A stretch of DNA of 45,063 nucleotides from an uncultured Gammaproteobacteria bacterium (GCA_964471805.1 CAYYGX010000001.1:5954-51016); one strand, 5' to 3'. Shown: positions 31,902 to 41,727, numbered from the stretch's first letter. A program made the numbers and translations. The notes: a model not told the origin generated them from the letters alone.

Positions 31902-32505
31902 AGAGATTTTAACCGATGCTCACATTAAACTCTTGCCGATGCTTGCGTCGTTTGCTTCTGATTTCGGATTAGTCGGTGGAACCGCGATAGCCATTCATAT
32001 AGGACATCGGCGATCAATTGACTTTGATCTTTTCACTAATAAGCCGTTTGATAACCAAAAAATAAGAAAAAAAATTCTGCAATTTGCGGCAATAGACGCG
32101 GTTATGACAGATGAAAACGAGCAATATACAATTGTTGCGGACGGAGTAAAAGTAACATTTTTGCAGTATCCTTTCAAAATTGATTTTACAGAAAAGTTGG
32201 ATGATATAATCAAATTATCTGATGTGTTAACTTTAGCCGCGATGAAAGCGTATGCCTTAGGAAGGCGGGCAAAATGGAAAGATTATGTGGATATGTATTT
32301 TATACTCAATGGTTTGCACACTTTGAAAGAGATTGTTAAAAAAGCAGAGCAGATTTTTGGCGTTGATTTTAATGAAAAATTGTTTCGCGTCCAGCTCTCG
32401 TATTTTGAAGACATAGATTATACGGAAAAAATAATGTATATGCCGGGATTTGAAACGAGCGATGCGTCTATCAAAAAAGTCTTGATAAAGTGTAGTTTGG
32501 AATAA
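31894..32505 (+). CDS. nucleotidyltransferase AbiEii/AbiGii-family toxin (type IV TA)
   Basis: GLVGGTAIAIHIGHRRSIDFDLF and ..KAYALGRRAKWKDYVDMYFIL.. motifs. Confidence 0.75.
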   Translation: MHKEILTDAHIKLLPMLASFASDFGLVGGTAIAIHIGHRRSIDFDLFTNKPFDNQKIRKKILQFAAIDAVMTDENEQYTIVADGVKVTFLQYPFKIDFTEKLDDIIKLSDVLTLAAMKAYALGRRAKWKDYVDMYFILNGLHTLKEIVKKAEQIFGVDFNEKLFRVQLSYFEDIDYTEKIMYMPGFETSDASIKKVLIKCSLE

Positions 32506-32513
32506 AAAATAGT

Positions 32514-33149
32514 ATGCCAACCATCCCCATAGAAATCTCCGCCCGCCACTGCCATCTTTCGCAAGAGGATTTAGAAAGGTTGTTTGGTAAAGGGTATGAA
32601 CTTACTCCAATAAAGCCTCTTTCCCAGCGCGCGCAATACGCGGCGCAGGAGGTAGTGGAAGTGCAAACGCCGAGCAGTTGGGGTTTGCCGCCGCACATGG
32701 ATTTTACTTTTGGAAAAGCGCCAGACCATAATCAAATGCGTATACTAGGTCCCGTGCGGGAGCGCACCCAAGTAGAACTCTCGTGGAGCGATTGCATCGC
32801 CGCCGGAATTGAACCGCGCGTTCTCGTTTCCGGCGATTGGAAAAACAGCGCGGGCGGTTTAATTTTAATCGGACCAAAGGGCGAAATAAAATTAGAGAGG
32901 GGCATTATCATTCCCCAGCGTCATATTCATTGCAATACAGAAAAAGCCCGCGAATTAAGGCTAAAGCATAGGCAGATAGTTTCAGTAAAAGTTTTAGAAG
33001 GCGATCAAAAATTCTCATTGTGCGCAATTACTTTTCATAACGTCATCATCCGCACTCACCAAACGTTTGACTGGCAGATGCATCTTAATACTGACGAAGG
33101 CAACGCCGCGGGGATTACTGGAATGGTTAAGGGAGAGATAATGATATGA
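32514..33149 (+). CDS. pduL: phosphate acyltransferase PduL
   Basis: PIEISARHCHLSQEDLERLFG and a second ..IIIPQRHIHC.. repeat typical of PduL. Confidence 0.85.
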   Translation: MPTIPIEISARHCHLSQEDLERLFGKGYELTPIKPLSQRAQYAAQEVVEVQTPSSWGLPPHMDFTFGKAPDHNQMRILGPVRERTQVELSWSDCIAAGIEPRVLVSGDWKNSAGGLILIGPKGEIKLERGIIIPQRHIHCNTEKARELRLKHRQIVSVKVLEGDQKFSLCAITFHNVIIRTHQTFDWQMHLNTDEGNAAGITGMVKGEIMI

Positions 33150-34183
33150 TTCTTTCAATTAACGCCGGTTCAACATCAGTTAAATACCGTCTTTTTTCAT
33201 CAAAACTCGCGCTTGTCGCAGGCGAGAATTTTCCCAACACTGCGCCGAGCAAAAAATTATTTCATCACATTGCGCGTTCGCTTGAAAGCCGCATTAAACT
33301 CAAACATAACCCTTTGAAAATCGCTCACCGCGTGGTGCATGGGGGTCCGCATTTGCGGCATCCAATGAAAATTACGCCGTATGTCATAAAAACAATCAAA
33401 GAGCACTCGCATCTCGCTCGGCTCCATAACCCTTTTAACCTTAAAGCAATTGAATTTGCCAGGAGATATTTTCCGAAGGCTACGCATTTTACAGTTTTTG
33501 ATACTGGTTTTTTTCGCGCCCTTCCGTTAGTTGCGGAACTCTATCCAATTCCGCTATCATTCTATAAAAAACACGGCATAGAGCGATACGGTTTCCACGG
33601 CATTGCGCATGCATATTGCGCAGAGATTGCAAAACAGAAACTGAAACTGACGCGCCCGAATCTCATTACGCTTCATCTTGGAGCTGGATGTTCTATGACA
33701 GCGATCAAAAAAGGCAAACCAATTGATACTTCAATGGGCTATTCGCCGCTTGAAGGGCTTATGATGTGGTCGCGTTCTGGTGATATTGATCCGTGGATTA
33801 TCGTAAGTTCAACTCCGAACCCCGAAAGCTTTCGGGGCGGGGCAAAATTTTGGAATAATATACTCAATTACGAATCCGGACTGAAGGGAATTTCCGGATG
33901 TAGCGATTATCTTGATCTGCTTCAAAAACTTGCTATTGGTAATAATATGGCAAAATTAGCCTTTGACATGTTTGTGTATCGCATACAAAAATACATCGGC
34001 GCATATTATGCGGCTCTTCATGGCAAGGTTGATGCTATTGTTTTTTCCGGCAAAATCGGAGCCGGAGACGCGATTACCCGCCGCGCCGTATGCAACGGGC
34101 TTCCATTTTTGAAAAATGTCGCAAAATTAGTTGTAGAACCAAACGAAGAATGGATGATGGCGAAACTGGTCCAGAAATTGTGA
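33146..34183 (+). CDS. ackA: acetate kinase (compact, 345 aa)
   Basis: ILSINAGSTSVKYRLF, RVVHGG, YGFHGIAH, SRSGDIDP, VFSGKIGAG. Confidence 0.88.
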   Translation: MILSINAGSTSVKYRLFSSKLALVAGENFPNTAPSKKLFHHIARSLESRIKLKHNPLKIAHRVVHGGPHLRHPMKITPYVIKTIKEHSHLARLHNPFNLKAIEFARRYFPKATHFTVFDTGFFRALPLVAELYPIPLSFYKKHGIERYGFHGIAHAYCAEIAKQKLKLTRPNLITLHLGAGCSMTAIKKGKPIDTSMGYSPLEGLMMWSRSGDIDPWIIVSSTPNPESFRGGAKFWNNILNYESGLKGISGCSDYLDLLQKLAIGNNMAKLAFDMFVYRIQKYIGAYYAALHGKVDAIVFSGKIGAGDAITRRAVCNGLPFLKNVAKLVVEPNEEWMMAKLVQKL

Positions 34184-34186
34184 TAT

Positions 34187-35941
34187 ATGCTCTACTCCAT
34201 TCTTCCCCAATCTTCAAAATCTTTTTCATTAGCAACTCCTGATCTGCATCCAATTTTACGCAGTCTTCTTTTTCAGCGGGGAATCAGAACTAAAGATGAT
34301 ATTCAAGAGTTTCTAAATCCCAGCTATGAAAATTCAGCCTATGATCCGTTCCAATTTTTGGAAATGAAAAAAACTGTAGAGCGTCTGCGCAAAGCGGCAG
34401 AATCAAATGAGAGGATTATTATTTATGGAGATTACGATGTTGACGGTGTCGCCTCTTCAATTCTCATGCTGGAAACTCTTGAAACGCTCTATAAAAAAAT
34501 CTGTCTGCCGACAAGGCAGGTTGACAAACCATCGTCAATAATCGTGTATCTTCCGCATCGCGAGGATGAGGGATACGGGCTTAACCCCGGAGCGGTTTCC
34601 TATATTAAGGAATACGGGGCGGCTCTGCTTATAACTTGCGATTGCGGCAGTGGAAACAAAGAAGAGCTTAGCGATCTGCAAAAAGCCGGTATTGATGTTA
34701 TTATTCTTGATCATCATGTCGCGCCTTTGGAGCGTCCGCCATGTTTTGCGTTTATCAATCCGAAATTTAAGAATGAAACATATCCTTGTCGCGATCTTTC
34801 AGCGGGAGGCGTTGTATTTAAAGTAATTCAGGCGCTTCGCAAGTTTGGCTATATAAGTGAATCGTTTGAGAAATGGTCGCTTGATTTAGTTGCGCTTTCC
34901 ACTGTCGCAGACATGATGCCGCTTTTGAAAGAAAATCGGGCGCTTGTTAAATGGGGGCTTATAGTTTTGAATAAAACGCGCAGAGTCGGCCTGCGGGCGC
35001 TAATTCGCAAGTCACGGCTTCAAAAAATGCTTACAACTTACGACATAAGCTACGCCCTTGCGCCTCGCATTAATGCGGCCGGGCGCCTTGATCACGCAAA
35101 TGTCGCATTTCATCTTCTGCGCCAGACAAATAAAGAGAATGCCGAACATGAAGCAATGAATCTCAATCAAACAAATGAAGCGCGTCAAAAATTCACAGAG
35201 AAAATTTCGGAAGAAGTAAAAATGCAAATACAAGAACAATATGATCGTGATGATCGGACTCTTCTTGCTTATAACCTCAAACAAAAAACATGGCCTATGG
35301 GCGTGTTGGGGCTTGTTGCCGGCAAAATCGCAAAAGAATATTATCGTCCAGTTTTTGTAATCGCGCAAACTAATCACGGCATCTCCGGTAGTTGCCGTTC
35401 TATACCGGCATTTGATCTCACAGCTTTGCTTGATGCTGTACACGATCTTTTGGAAAAATACGGCGGGCATCCGCAGGCATGCGGTTTTACGCTCAAAAAT
35501 ATGGATGATCCAGAGGCAACAATCCAGTTTTTCAAGTTAAGAATTGAGGAATATGGCAAACAGTATTTGAAAGAAAGCGATCTTCTCCAGACAATCGCTA
35601 TTTCCTCTGAACTTGCTTTTTCCGATATTACTTTAGAGTTTATAGAAGATTTGGAACGACTGGAGCCATTCGGCCAGGAAAATGCGAAACCGCTTTTTTT
35701 GACGCGCAATGTGCAAGTTCTTTCATGCAGAACAATGGGAAAGAAGAACAATCACTGTAAATTGCTTGTTTTAGCGCATGGCGCAAGATATGAAGCGGTA
35801 GTCTTTTGCGCCAAAGATCATATAAAAGCAATTACTTCAGGCGATTCCTGCGACATCATTTATAATTTGGAACAAAACGAGTGGAACGGGGAGACGAGAA
35901 TTCAGCTTATGATACGCGAGATTGTAAGCGAGTATTCCTAA
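34187..35941 (+). CDS. recJ: single-stranded-DNA-specific exonuclease RecJ
   Basis: GDYDVDGV, EGYGL, ITCDCG, LDHH, and GGH in the DHHA1 region. Confidence 0.92.
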   Translation: MLYSILPQSSKSFSLATPDLHPILRSLLFQRGIRTKDDIQEFLNPSYENSAYDPFQFLEMKKTVERLRKAAESNERIIIYGDYDVDGVASSILMLETLETLYKKICLPTRQVDKPSSIIVYLPHREDEGYGLNPGAVSYIKEYGAALLITCDCGSGNKEELSDLQKAGIDVIILDHHVAPLERPPCFAFINPKFKNETYPCRDLSAGGVVFKVIQALRKFGYISESFEKWSLDLVALSTVADMMPLLKENRALVKWGLIVLNKTRRVGLRALIRKSRLQKMLTTYDISYALAPRINAAGRLDHANVAFHLLRQTNKENAEHEAMNLNQTNEARQKFTEKISEEVKMQIQEQYDRDDRTLLAYNLKQKTWPMGVLGLVAGKIAKEYYRPVFVIAQTNHGISGSCRSIPAFDLTALLDAVHDLLEKYGGHPQACGFTLKNMDDPEATIQFFKLRIEEYGKQYLKESDLLQTIAISSELAFSDITLEFIEDLERLEPFGQENAKPLFLTRNVQVLSCRTMGKKNNHCKLLVLAHGARYEAVVFCAKDHIKAITSGDSCDIIYNLEQNEWNGETRIQLMIREIVSEYS

Positions 35942-35984
35942 GTCAGGATGGTACATTCTTCTTGATAAACTTTCGTAAAAGTAG

Positions 35985-38900
35985 CTAATTTGCCCATAAA
36001 CTCACATCAAATGAGAATCTCACGCGGCTGGGATTGTTGAAGATCAAATCTTTTGAACCGCTGGTCTCTTTGGAAGCGAGTATCCCATCGCCGGCCATGT
36101 TGGAAAAGTCAAAATACGGCTTTCCGCCATCGGTTATGCCGTCGGCATTCGCTACGGTGACAGTTGATGGGGTGATTTTTTCAATAACCATCTGCAAAGG
36201 CTGTAAGAATGGATCAGCTCCGGTGTTTTTCCATGTCGCCCTTATGGAGAATTGCCCAGTGCGGCGGTTAAATCGGACACCGGATTGAACAAGTTTACTC
36301 ACTGTTGTTACATCAGTTACTTTAAGAACATCTTTGAGTTTCATATTCTCTTTATTGCCAGCACGATCCGTTGAGAAATAAGAAATGGTTGTTATTCCCT
36401 TTTGGGTTATGTGGATTGTGTCGGAATAGAGATTCCAAGTTTGCCCGCCGTCAAGCGAGTACTCGATTTTGAGGACACCAGAATTATCATCTGTTGCGGT
36501 TAAACTTGCGGTAACGTCATCACGATAAAAATTTTCTCCATTCAACTTGGAACCATCAACTAAAATCTCGGTTATCGGCTGTGTAATGTCATTTGATTCT
36601 TCGGCATTAAGAACTGCGGACGGCTCCGCTGACGATTCAAATAACCCATCGCCGTTTTGGTCAACACTTATGGCAGTGGCACTTTGTGACTGGTCGGCGT
36701 CTATCAATATACGCGTATTAAGAGATGTCAGTGGGACTTCGTCAAAATAAAGTGCTTGCGTAACATGGTCATCTTGAATAGTTGCTATGCGTGAGTCGAA
36801 CGAACCAAGACTTGTCGCTTTGCCTGTAATAGTATACTCCAGCCCAGTGGGAAGGAATATGAATTTTCCATCATTCAAAATATAATACGCTACGCCTGGA
36901 ATATTCCTTTCTATCGTACCATCAGGCATGATGCCTGTATGTCGCCCATCTTTATCATATACATGAACCTCAATGGGGCTGAAAAAAGCTACTTCCTCGC
37001 CGTCAAATTTGCAGTTGTCCGAATCCTTGTCGTCATATCTATTATATTTATTCTCAAGCATGTCCAGAACGCTCTTATTGCCGGAAAGAACGGCGGGGAT
37101 AATCTCTAAAGAGGGCACGGAACTTGGCAGTACTCCATGTTTTGCATCCGGAATATAGAACTTTCTTTGTGCATTCAAAGAAAGGTCGTTGTCCGCACTT
37201 CGCAGAGGAACCGTGTCATCGCCGCTTATGTAGTGGAGCGCGTATCCTTTTTTAAGTTGCGTATCACGCTCCTTGATTTTGCTAAAAGTAAAAATCTGCC
37301 CGATTGTTGCGGTCTTACAGCCGACAATATTTATAGTTTCTTCTACGCCGTAATTCGCGCCGTTCCAGTTGTCTGTGGAATCATGTAGCGTTCTGTTCCA
37401 CTCGGACGCATCTCCATTTCTCCCGGCAGAAACGAGATAGCGCATTGATTGGTCATAAGAGAGCGGACCTGCTGGAATTTCAATGTTATCGCCATTGGCA
37501 AAATAATACTGATAATTTTTATAATCGAGATTGGTTGGGTTGTTTACAAAATACCTTTCACTCGGAAGAAGTTGGTATACAGACGGCATGTTTTGAGAAA
37601 CATCTTTAATTTTCACCTCAAGAAAATTGCGGGCTATATTTGATAAAAATTTCTGCCCGAGATCATCCCCCCACATAAGCGTCTTAAATGCCTTTGGCGT
37701 GCCGAGATGCGGAGTGGCAATATCTATAAATTTTCTCACCTTATCGCGACCGTTATTAGCAATATAAATTTTTGAAACAAGACCTCCTTGGCTGTGCGCG
37801 ATAATATCAACCTTATCCGCTCCTATCTCCTCAATTTTTCTCTGCAAAGAAAGCGCGGATTCAGTAATATCTAATCTCCAATCATAAGGGAATTCAAACA
37901 GGTCATCACCTTCTTTATAACCATAATTATCCACAAGCGTTTTAAATAACGATTCAAAAACATCCGCATCCTCATATTTTCTTATCATACTGGAAGCAAC
38001 CATTACATTATAATCACCCAAAAAATCTACAGTTTGGCGGGTGTGCCCATCTTCGCCAAGAGATAATTTATAGATTAGTGGTGAAATCAATGGGAATAAT
38101 ATGTCATCGCGAAGCGGAGGCCAGTACGGTTCTTGTCTCTCTATATCACCAACACCAAAGAGATAACTTCCCATAATCCCCGGCACGATGATAACCGGCA
38201 CGTTAGTAACTTGAAAAATCAACTTGTCAGTTGCCGGTATGCGCGCAGTGCCGCCTTTTCCGTCCGATGCTTCAAAATGATAGCGGTAGTCGCCTTTGGG
38301 GAACGTCATTTCAAAAGTTTGCGGGTCAATGGGTAGCATTTCCAAATTAAAATAATTCTCAAATGTTCCTTGCTTAACTTTCTCTACAATCAAGTTTACA
38401 GACGAAGGAGCATTGTTGTCTTTGTCGGTATAAATTACATCAAAATCAAAGAGTGTTTTATACGCCGTTCCTTTATTGTCGTCAATGCCGTCATTCTCCG
38501 AGAGTCCGTCGGGAGATGATTCGGGGAAGGAGAGAGTTGGCGGATTGTTTTGCGGAGCGAGGGGAGCGAGCTGATACATGTAAATATCTACGCTCGGGTT
38601 CGGGTTCTCGTTCGTTGCGGCTCCGTTGTCAGACCACACGACAGTATTTCCGGATATTTTCGGTTGCATAGAAGCTTCCGGCGCCATGCCAGTGCGGCCG
38701 GTTCTGCCTGTGGCGATATCGTAGATAAAAACGTCATACACATCAGACCACACGATTTTATTCTCAAAAATGCTTACTCCAGCCATATTGGGAACTACGG
38801 GGCTAATTATTTTTTCTTCGCCTGTGGCAATATCGTGCAACATAATATACATCCCGCCGCCACTCGCTCCACTGTTTGCCGCGCAGATAATCTTGTCACC

Positions 38901-40667
38901 ATAGATATCGAAATCTCTGATGTCTTGAAAGTTTCCGCAGAATATCAAATTTTTTTGCTTGGTTGCAATGTCATATACATAAAGTTGATTCCGCGTCCAG
39001 CTGTATTCGCTCCATAAATAAAGTATTTTGTCTCCAGAAATTTTTGGATTGCTCCAGCTCCCCGATGTATCTATAAGCGTTGTTCGAGAGTTTGAGGTAT
39101 CATACATGTAGAGACCATAAGTGCCCCCGCCGCCGGGCAATAAGGCCTCCCACACGACTCTATTACCATCAATGTCCGGCCCGCCGGGGATATGCCCCAT
39201 CTCTTGAGTAATCTTAGTTTCTGTATCTGACGCAACATCATACATGTAAATGTCGTCAAGATAGCTGATGCCGTTAGATGTGTTGCGCCATACGATTTTG
39301 TTTCCAGAGATTGCCGGGAATCCTGCCGCTGGGAACCCGGAGACGTATACTTGAGGGTTGTGAGTAATCTGCGTTTTTTCTCCCGTAGAAATACGGTACA
39401 TATAAATGTTACCGTGGATAGAACCATTGCTTTCTACCCACGCGATCGTATCTCCATCTACCGCCGGAAAGAGTGCTTGGTGCAAAAGGCTTGTATGGGT
39501 AGTGATTCTCGTCTCGGTACCGGAAAGTGAGGTCGTTGAAGAATTGAACAAAAAATAAATATCCTCTATGCCGATATCTGCGCCGGACCCACACACTTGT
39601 TCGGGATTAAAATATGGCTGAAATCCGCAAGAACGATGTGTCCAATAATCTGAATAGTAGGACCTGCCGTTTGGATAGCTATCTATATTAGATGAGCCGT
39701 AGATAGAGAACTGCCGAGAAGCATCGCCCGCATTAAGAAAAATTTCGTAATACCGGTTTGGGTTTAGAGGAAAAGACGATAAAGAACTTCCTTGCATTGT
39801 AAGCGTAACCTTGCCGTCAAAACCGCTTGGGGTAGAAGCCCCTAAATTGACAAAAGAATATTGCTCAAGAGGCGTAACGCCGTAGCCGCTCGCGTAATCA
39901 GCGGTAGGAAAACCATAGATTGTTCCTGAATAGAACGCATCCACATCCGGATTGCTCACATGAATAGTCAAATCTTTTACGCTAAAATCTAGTCCATTTC
40001 CCAATGTTTGCTGCCATATTGACATCGGAGATAAAGAGATGGCATTATCGTCTAGTTGCTGCGCCACCGTATCATTCCCAAGCCCGCTGAACACAAAGTA
40101 GAGATCTTTCACTGAGCCCATATTCTCTCTTCTTGGGGGAAAATTTTCAGTAGGTCCTCCAGCAACGTTACCGGCATAAAAAGCAAAACCTAGGGCATAC
40201 GCGGAAGCGTCAGACGATCCATAATATGTTGCAGATTTGAAATTGCCAACAAAAGCATACGGTATACCACGTTCAAATGTACGAGGTATGCCACCATGTG
40301 GAGTAAATGTTACATCTTGCTCTATACCTATGTCCGATTCGGACATCAAATAGCTATAAAGTAGGCTCGGAAGATTCTCTCCGGTATCCGATCTATAGAA
40401 ATTAAGATAGATTCGATGATCACTATTTTGTGAATAGCTATTGGCGGTGAGTTTCAAATGTAGTGTTATGAACTCTACTGTGCCAGAGACATTATCTCCG
40501 ATAATTTGCCCGAGAAAAAAATTATCACCATAAACGTTATCGATTGTCTGGCCAGCAGTATTGTTGGTTTGCTGTACATTTGCTTGTGCTGTGCCGGCAA
40601 TGATGAAAAAAGTTGAAAACGTTATTGCCGCAAAAAGAAACCCTGATTTCCGATTTAAAAAATTCAT
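35985..40667 (-). CDS. giant secreted multidomain protein: signal peptide, duplicated N-terminal module, 7-bladed beta-propeller-like repeats, Ig-like module, LCAT/PGAP1-like alpha/beta-hydrolase (lipase), beta-sandwich and OmpL47/Ig-like C-terminal modules
   Basis: Signal peptide MNFLNRKSGFLFAAITFSTFFIIAGTAQA. Seven repeats of the type ISG[ND]K[IV]VW...IYMYD[IV]ATG (aa about 395-700). VIIVPGIMGS, YDWRLD, AHSQGG (Ser959, codon 37791-37793), SGDDTVP, DAKHGVL. ..TATDDNSGVLKIEYSLDGGQTW..ISYFSTDRAGNKE. Confidence 0.9.
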   Translation of the reverse strand: MNFLNRKSGFLFAAITFSTFFIIAGTAQANVQQTNNTAGQTIDNVYGDNFFLGQIIGDNVSGTVEFITLHLKLTANSYSQNSDHRIYLNFYRSDTGENLPSLLYSYLMSESDIGIEQDVTFTPHGGIPRTFERGIPYAFVGNFKSATYYGSSDASAYALGFAFYAGNVAGGPTENFPPRRENMGSVKDLYFVFSGLGNDTVAQQLDDNAISLSPMSIWQQTLGNGLDFSVKDLTIHVSNPDVDAFYSGTIYGFPTADYASGYGVTPLEQYSFVNLGASTPSGFDGKVTLTMQGSSLSSFPLNPNRYYEIFLNAGDASRQFSIYGSSNIDSYPNGRSYYSDYWTHRSCGFQPYFNPEQVCGSGADIGIEDIYFLFNSSTTSLSGTETRITTHTSLLHQALFPAVDGDTIAWVESNGSIHGNIYMYRISTGEKTQITHNPQVYVSGFPAAGFPAISGNKIVWRNTSNGISYLDDIYMYDVASDTETKITQEMGHIPGGPDIDGNRVVWEALLPGGGGTYGLYMYDTSNSRTTLIDTSGSWSNPKISGDKILYLWSEYSWTRNQLYVYDIATKQKNLIFCGNFQDIRDFDIYGDKIICAANSGASGGGMYIMLHDIATGEEKIISPVVPNMAGVSIFENKIVWSDVYDVFIYDIATGRTGRTGMAPEASMQPKISGNTVVWSDNGAATNENPNPSVDIYMYQLAPLAPQNNPPTLSFPESSPDGLSENDGIDDNKGTAYKTLFDFDVIYTDKDNNAPSSVNLIVEKVKQGTFENYFNLEMLPIDPQTFEMTFPKGDYRYHFEASDGKGGTARIPATDKLIFQVTNVPVIIVPGIMGSYLFGVGDIERQEPYWPPLRDDILFPLISPLIYKLSLGEDGHTRQTVDFLGDYNVMVASSMIRKYEDADVFESLFKTLVDNYGYKEGDDLFEFPYDWRLDITESALSLQRKIEEIGADKVDIIAHSQGGLVSKIYIANNGRDKVRKFIDIATPHLGTPKAFKTLMWGDDLGQKFLSNIARNFLEVKIKDVSQNMPSVYQLLPSERYFVNNPTNLDYKNYQYYFANGDNIEIPAGPLSYDQSMRYLVSAGRNGDASEWNRTLHDSTDNWNGANYGVEETINIVGCKTATIGQIFTFSKIKERDTQLKKGYALHYISGDDTVPLRSADNDLSLNAQRKFYIPDAKHGVLPSSVPSLEIIPAVLSGNKSVLDMLENKYNRYDDKDSDNCKFDGEEVAFFSPIEVHVYDKDGRHTGIMPDGTIERNIPGVAYYILNDGKFIFLPTGLEYTITGKATSLGSFDSRIATIQDDHVTQALYFDEVPLTSLNTRILIDADQSQSATAISVDQNGDGLFESSAEPSAVLNAEESNDITQPITEILVDGSKLNGENFYRDDVTASLTATDDNSGVLKIEYSLDGGQTWNLYSDTIHITQKGITTISYFSTDRAGNKENMKLKDVLKVTDVTTVSKLVQSGVRFNRRTGQFSIRATWKNTGADPFLQPLQMVIEKITPSTVTVANADGITDGGKPYFDFSNMAGDGILASKETSGSKDLIFNNPSRVRFSFDVSLWAN

Positions 40668-40848
40668 AAACTTAGTCGCTTATAAGAATTTTAATGTATC
40701 AAATCCGTAGGATTAAGCAAGCCGTTTTTCATGCTTCCGCAACCACCCCTCAACTTTATTACTAACAGTAATCCCAAGGACTGCAATATGTATCTTAACT
40801 TATGCAAGTATCCTATTATAAGCGAGGATTGATCCGGACGTTTCGGGA

Positions 40849-40877
40849 TTGACAAACACATTTTGAACCGTTATACT
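40849..40877 (+). promoter_or_regulatory. sigma70-like promoter of the infA-rpmJ-rpsM... operon
   Basis: TTGACA (40849-40854), 17 nt, TATACT (40872-40877). 29-nt leader to the infA ATG. Confidence 0.55.
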
Positions 40878-40906
40878 AGGCATCAATACTTTATAAATAA
40901 CGAAGA

Positions 40907-41137
40907 ATGGCACAATTTCAGGTTAATCAGAAAGGATTTATTGAAGCAGAAGGCGTGATAGAAGAAGCGCTCCCGTCTGCGACTTTTCGTGTAATACTTG
41001 ACAACGGTCATGAGGTACTGGCAAGAATCTCCGGCAAAATGCGGCTCAACCATATTATGCTTGTGCCAGGCGATCGGATTAAGATAGAAATGAGCCAGTA
41101 CGATTTGACAAAAGGGCGCATAACGTATCGTCTTTAG
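40907..41137 (+). CDS. infA: translation initiation factor IF-1
   Basis: ..[34 protein letters not shown]...GD...E.S.YDL.KGRI.YR. Confidence 0.95.
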   Translation: MAQFQVNQKGFIEAEGVIEEALPSATFRVILDNGHEVLARISGKMRLNHIMLVPGDRIKIEMSQYDLTKGRITYRL

Positions 41138-41204
41138 AATCTATCTTTCTCACAAGTAAATCAAAGAGCCTTTAGAGGCGCGGATTTCTTTTATTAAAAT
41201 ACAT

Positions 41205-41321
41205 ATGAAAGTTCAGGCATCTGTTAAAAAACGCTGTGCGCAATGTAAAATGATTCGGCGCGGGAAATATCTCCGCGTCATTTGTCGGGCGAAAAAATCG
41301 CATAAACAAAGACAAGGATAA
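41205..41321 (+). CDS. rpmJ: 50S ribosomal protein L36
   Basis: Not in the ORF track (38 aa). [38 protein letters not shown], lying between infA and rpsM. Confidence 0.9.
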   Translation: MKVQASVKKRCAQCKMIRRGKYLRVICRAKKSHKQRQG

Positions 41322-41326
41322 CATCT

Positions 41327-41716
41327 ATGGCTCGCATTGCAGGGGTAACCATTCCAAAACAAAAACGAATTGAAATCGCGCTCACATATGTGTACGGCAT
41401 CGGTATTTCGCGCGCGCGTAAAATTATTCATACAGCAGGGTTGGATGCGAATAAAAAGGTTAGCGATCTTACGGAACAAGAGGAAAATGCGTTGCGTTCA
41501 ATTATTGAGAAAAATTATAAAGTTGAAGGCGAACTTCGGCGCGAAATTATGCAAAACATTAAAGTACTGCAAGACATTGGCGCGTATAGAGGTATTCGGC
41601 ACCGGAGACATCTGCCTGTGCGCGGACAGCGAACCAAAACTAACTCGCGCACTGTGCGCGGCAATGTGCGGAAAACTATGGGTTCTGGAAGATCAAAATC
41701 CGGAGATAAAACATAA
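41327..41716 (+). CDS. rpsM: 30S ribosomal protein S13
   Basis: [26 protein letters not shown]...[21 protein letters not shown]. Confidence 0.95.
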   Translation: MARIAGVTIPKQKRIEIALTYVYGIGISRARKIIHTAGLDANKKVSDLTEQEENALRSIIEKNYKVEGELRREIMQNIKVLQDIGAYRGIRHRRHLPVRGQRTKTNSRTVRGNVRKTMGSGRSKSGDKT

Positions 41717-41727
41717 AAATTTTATGT

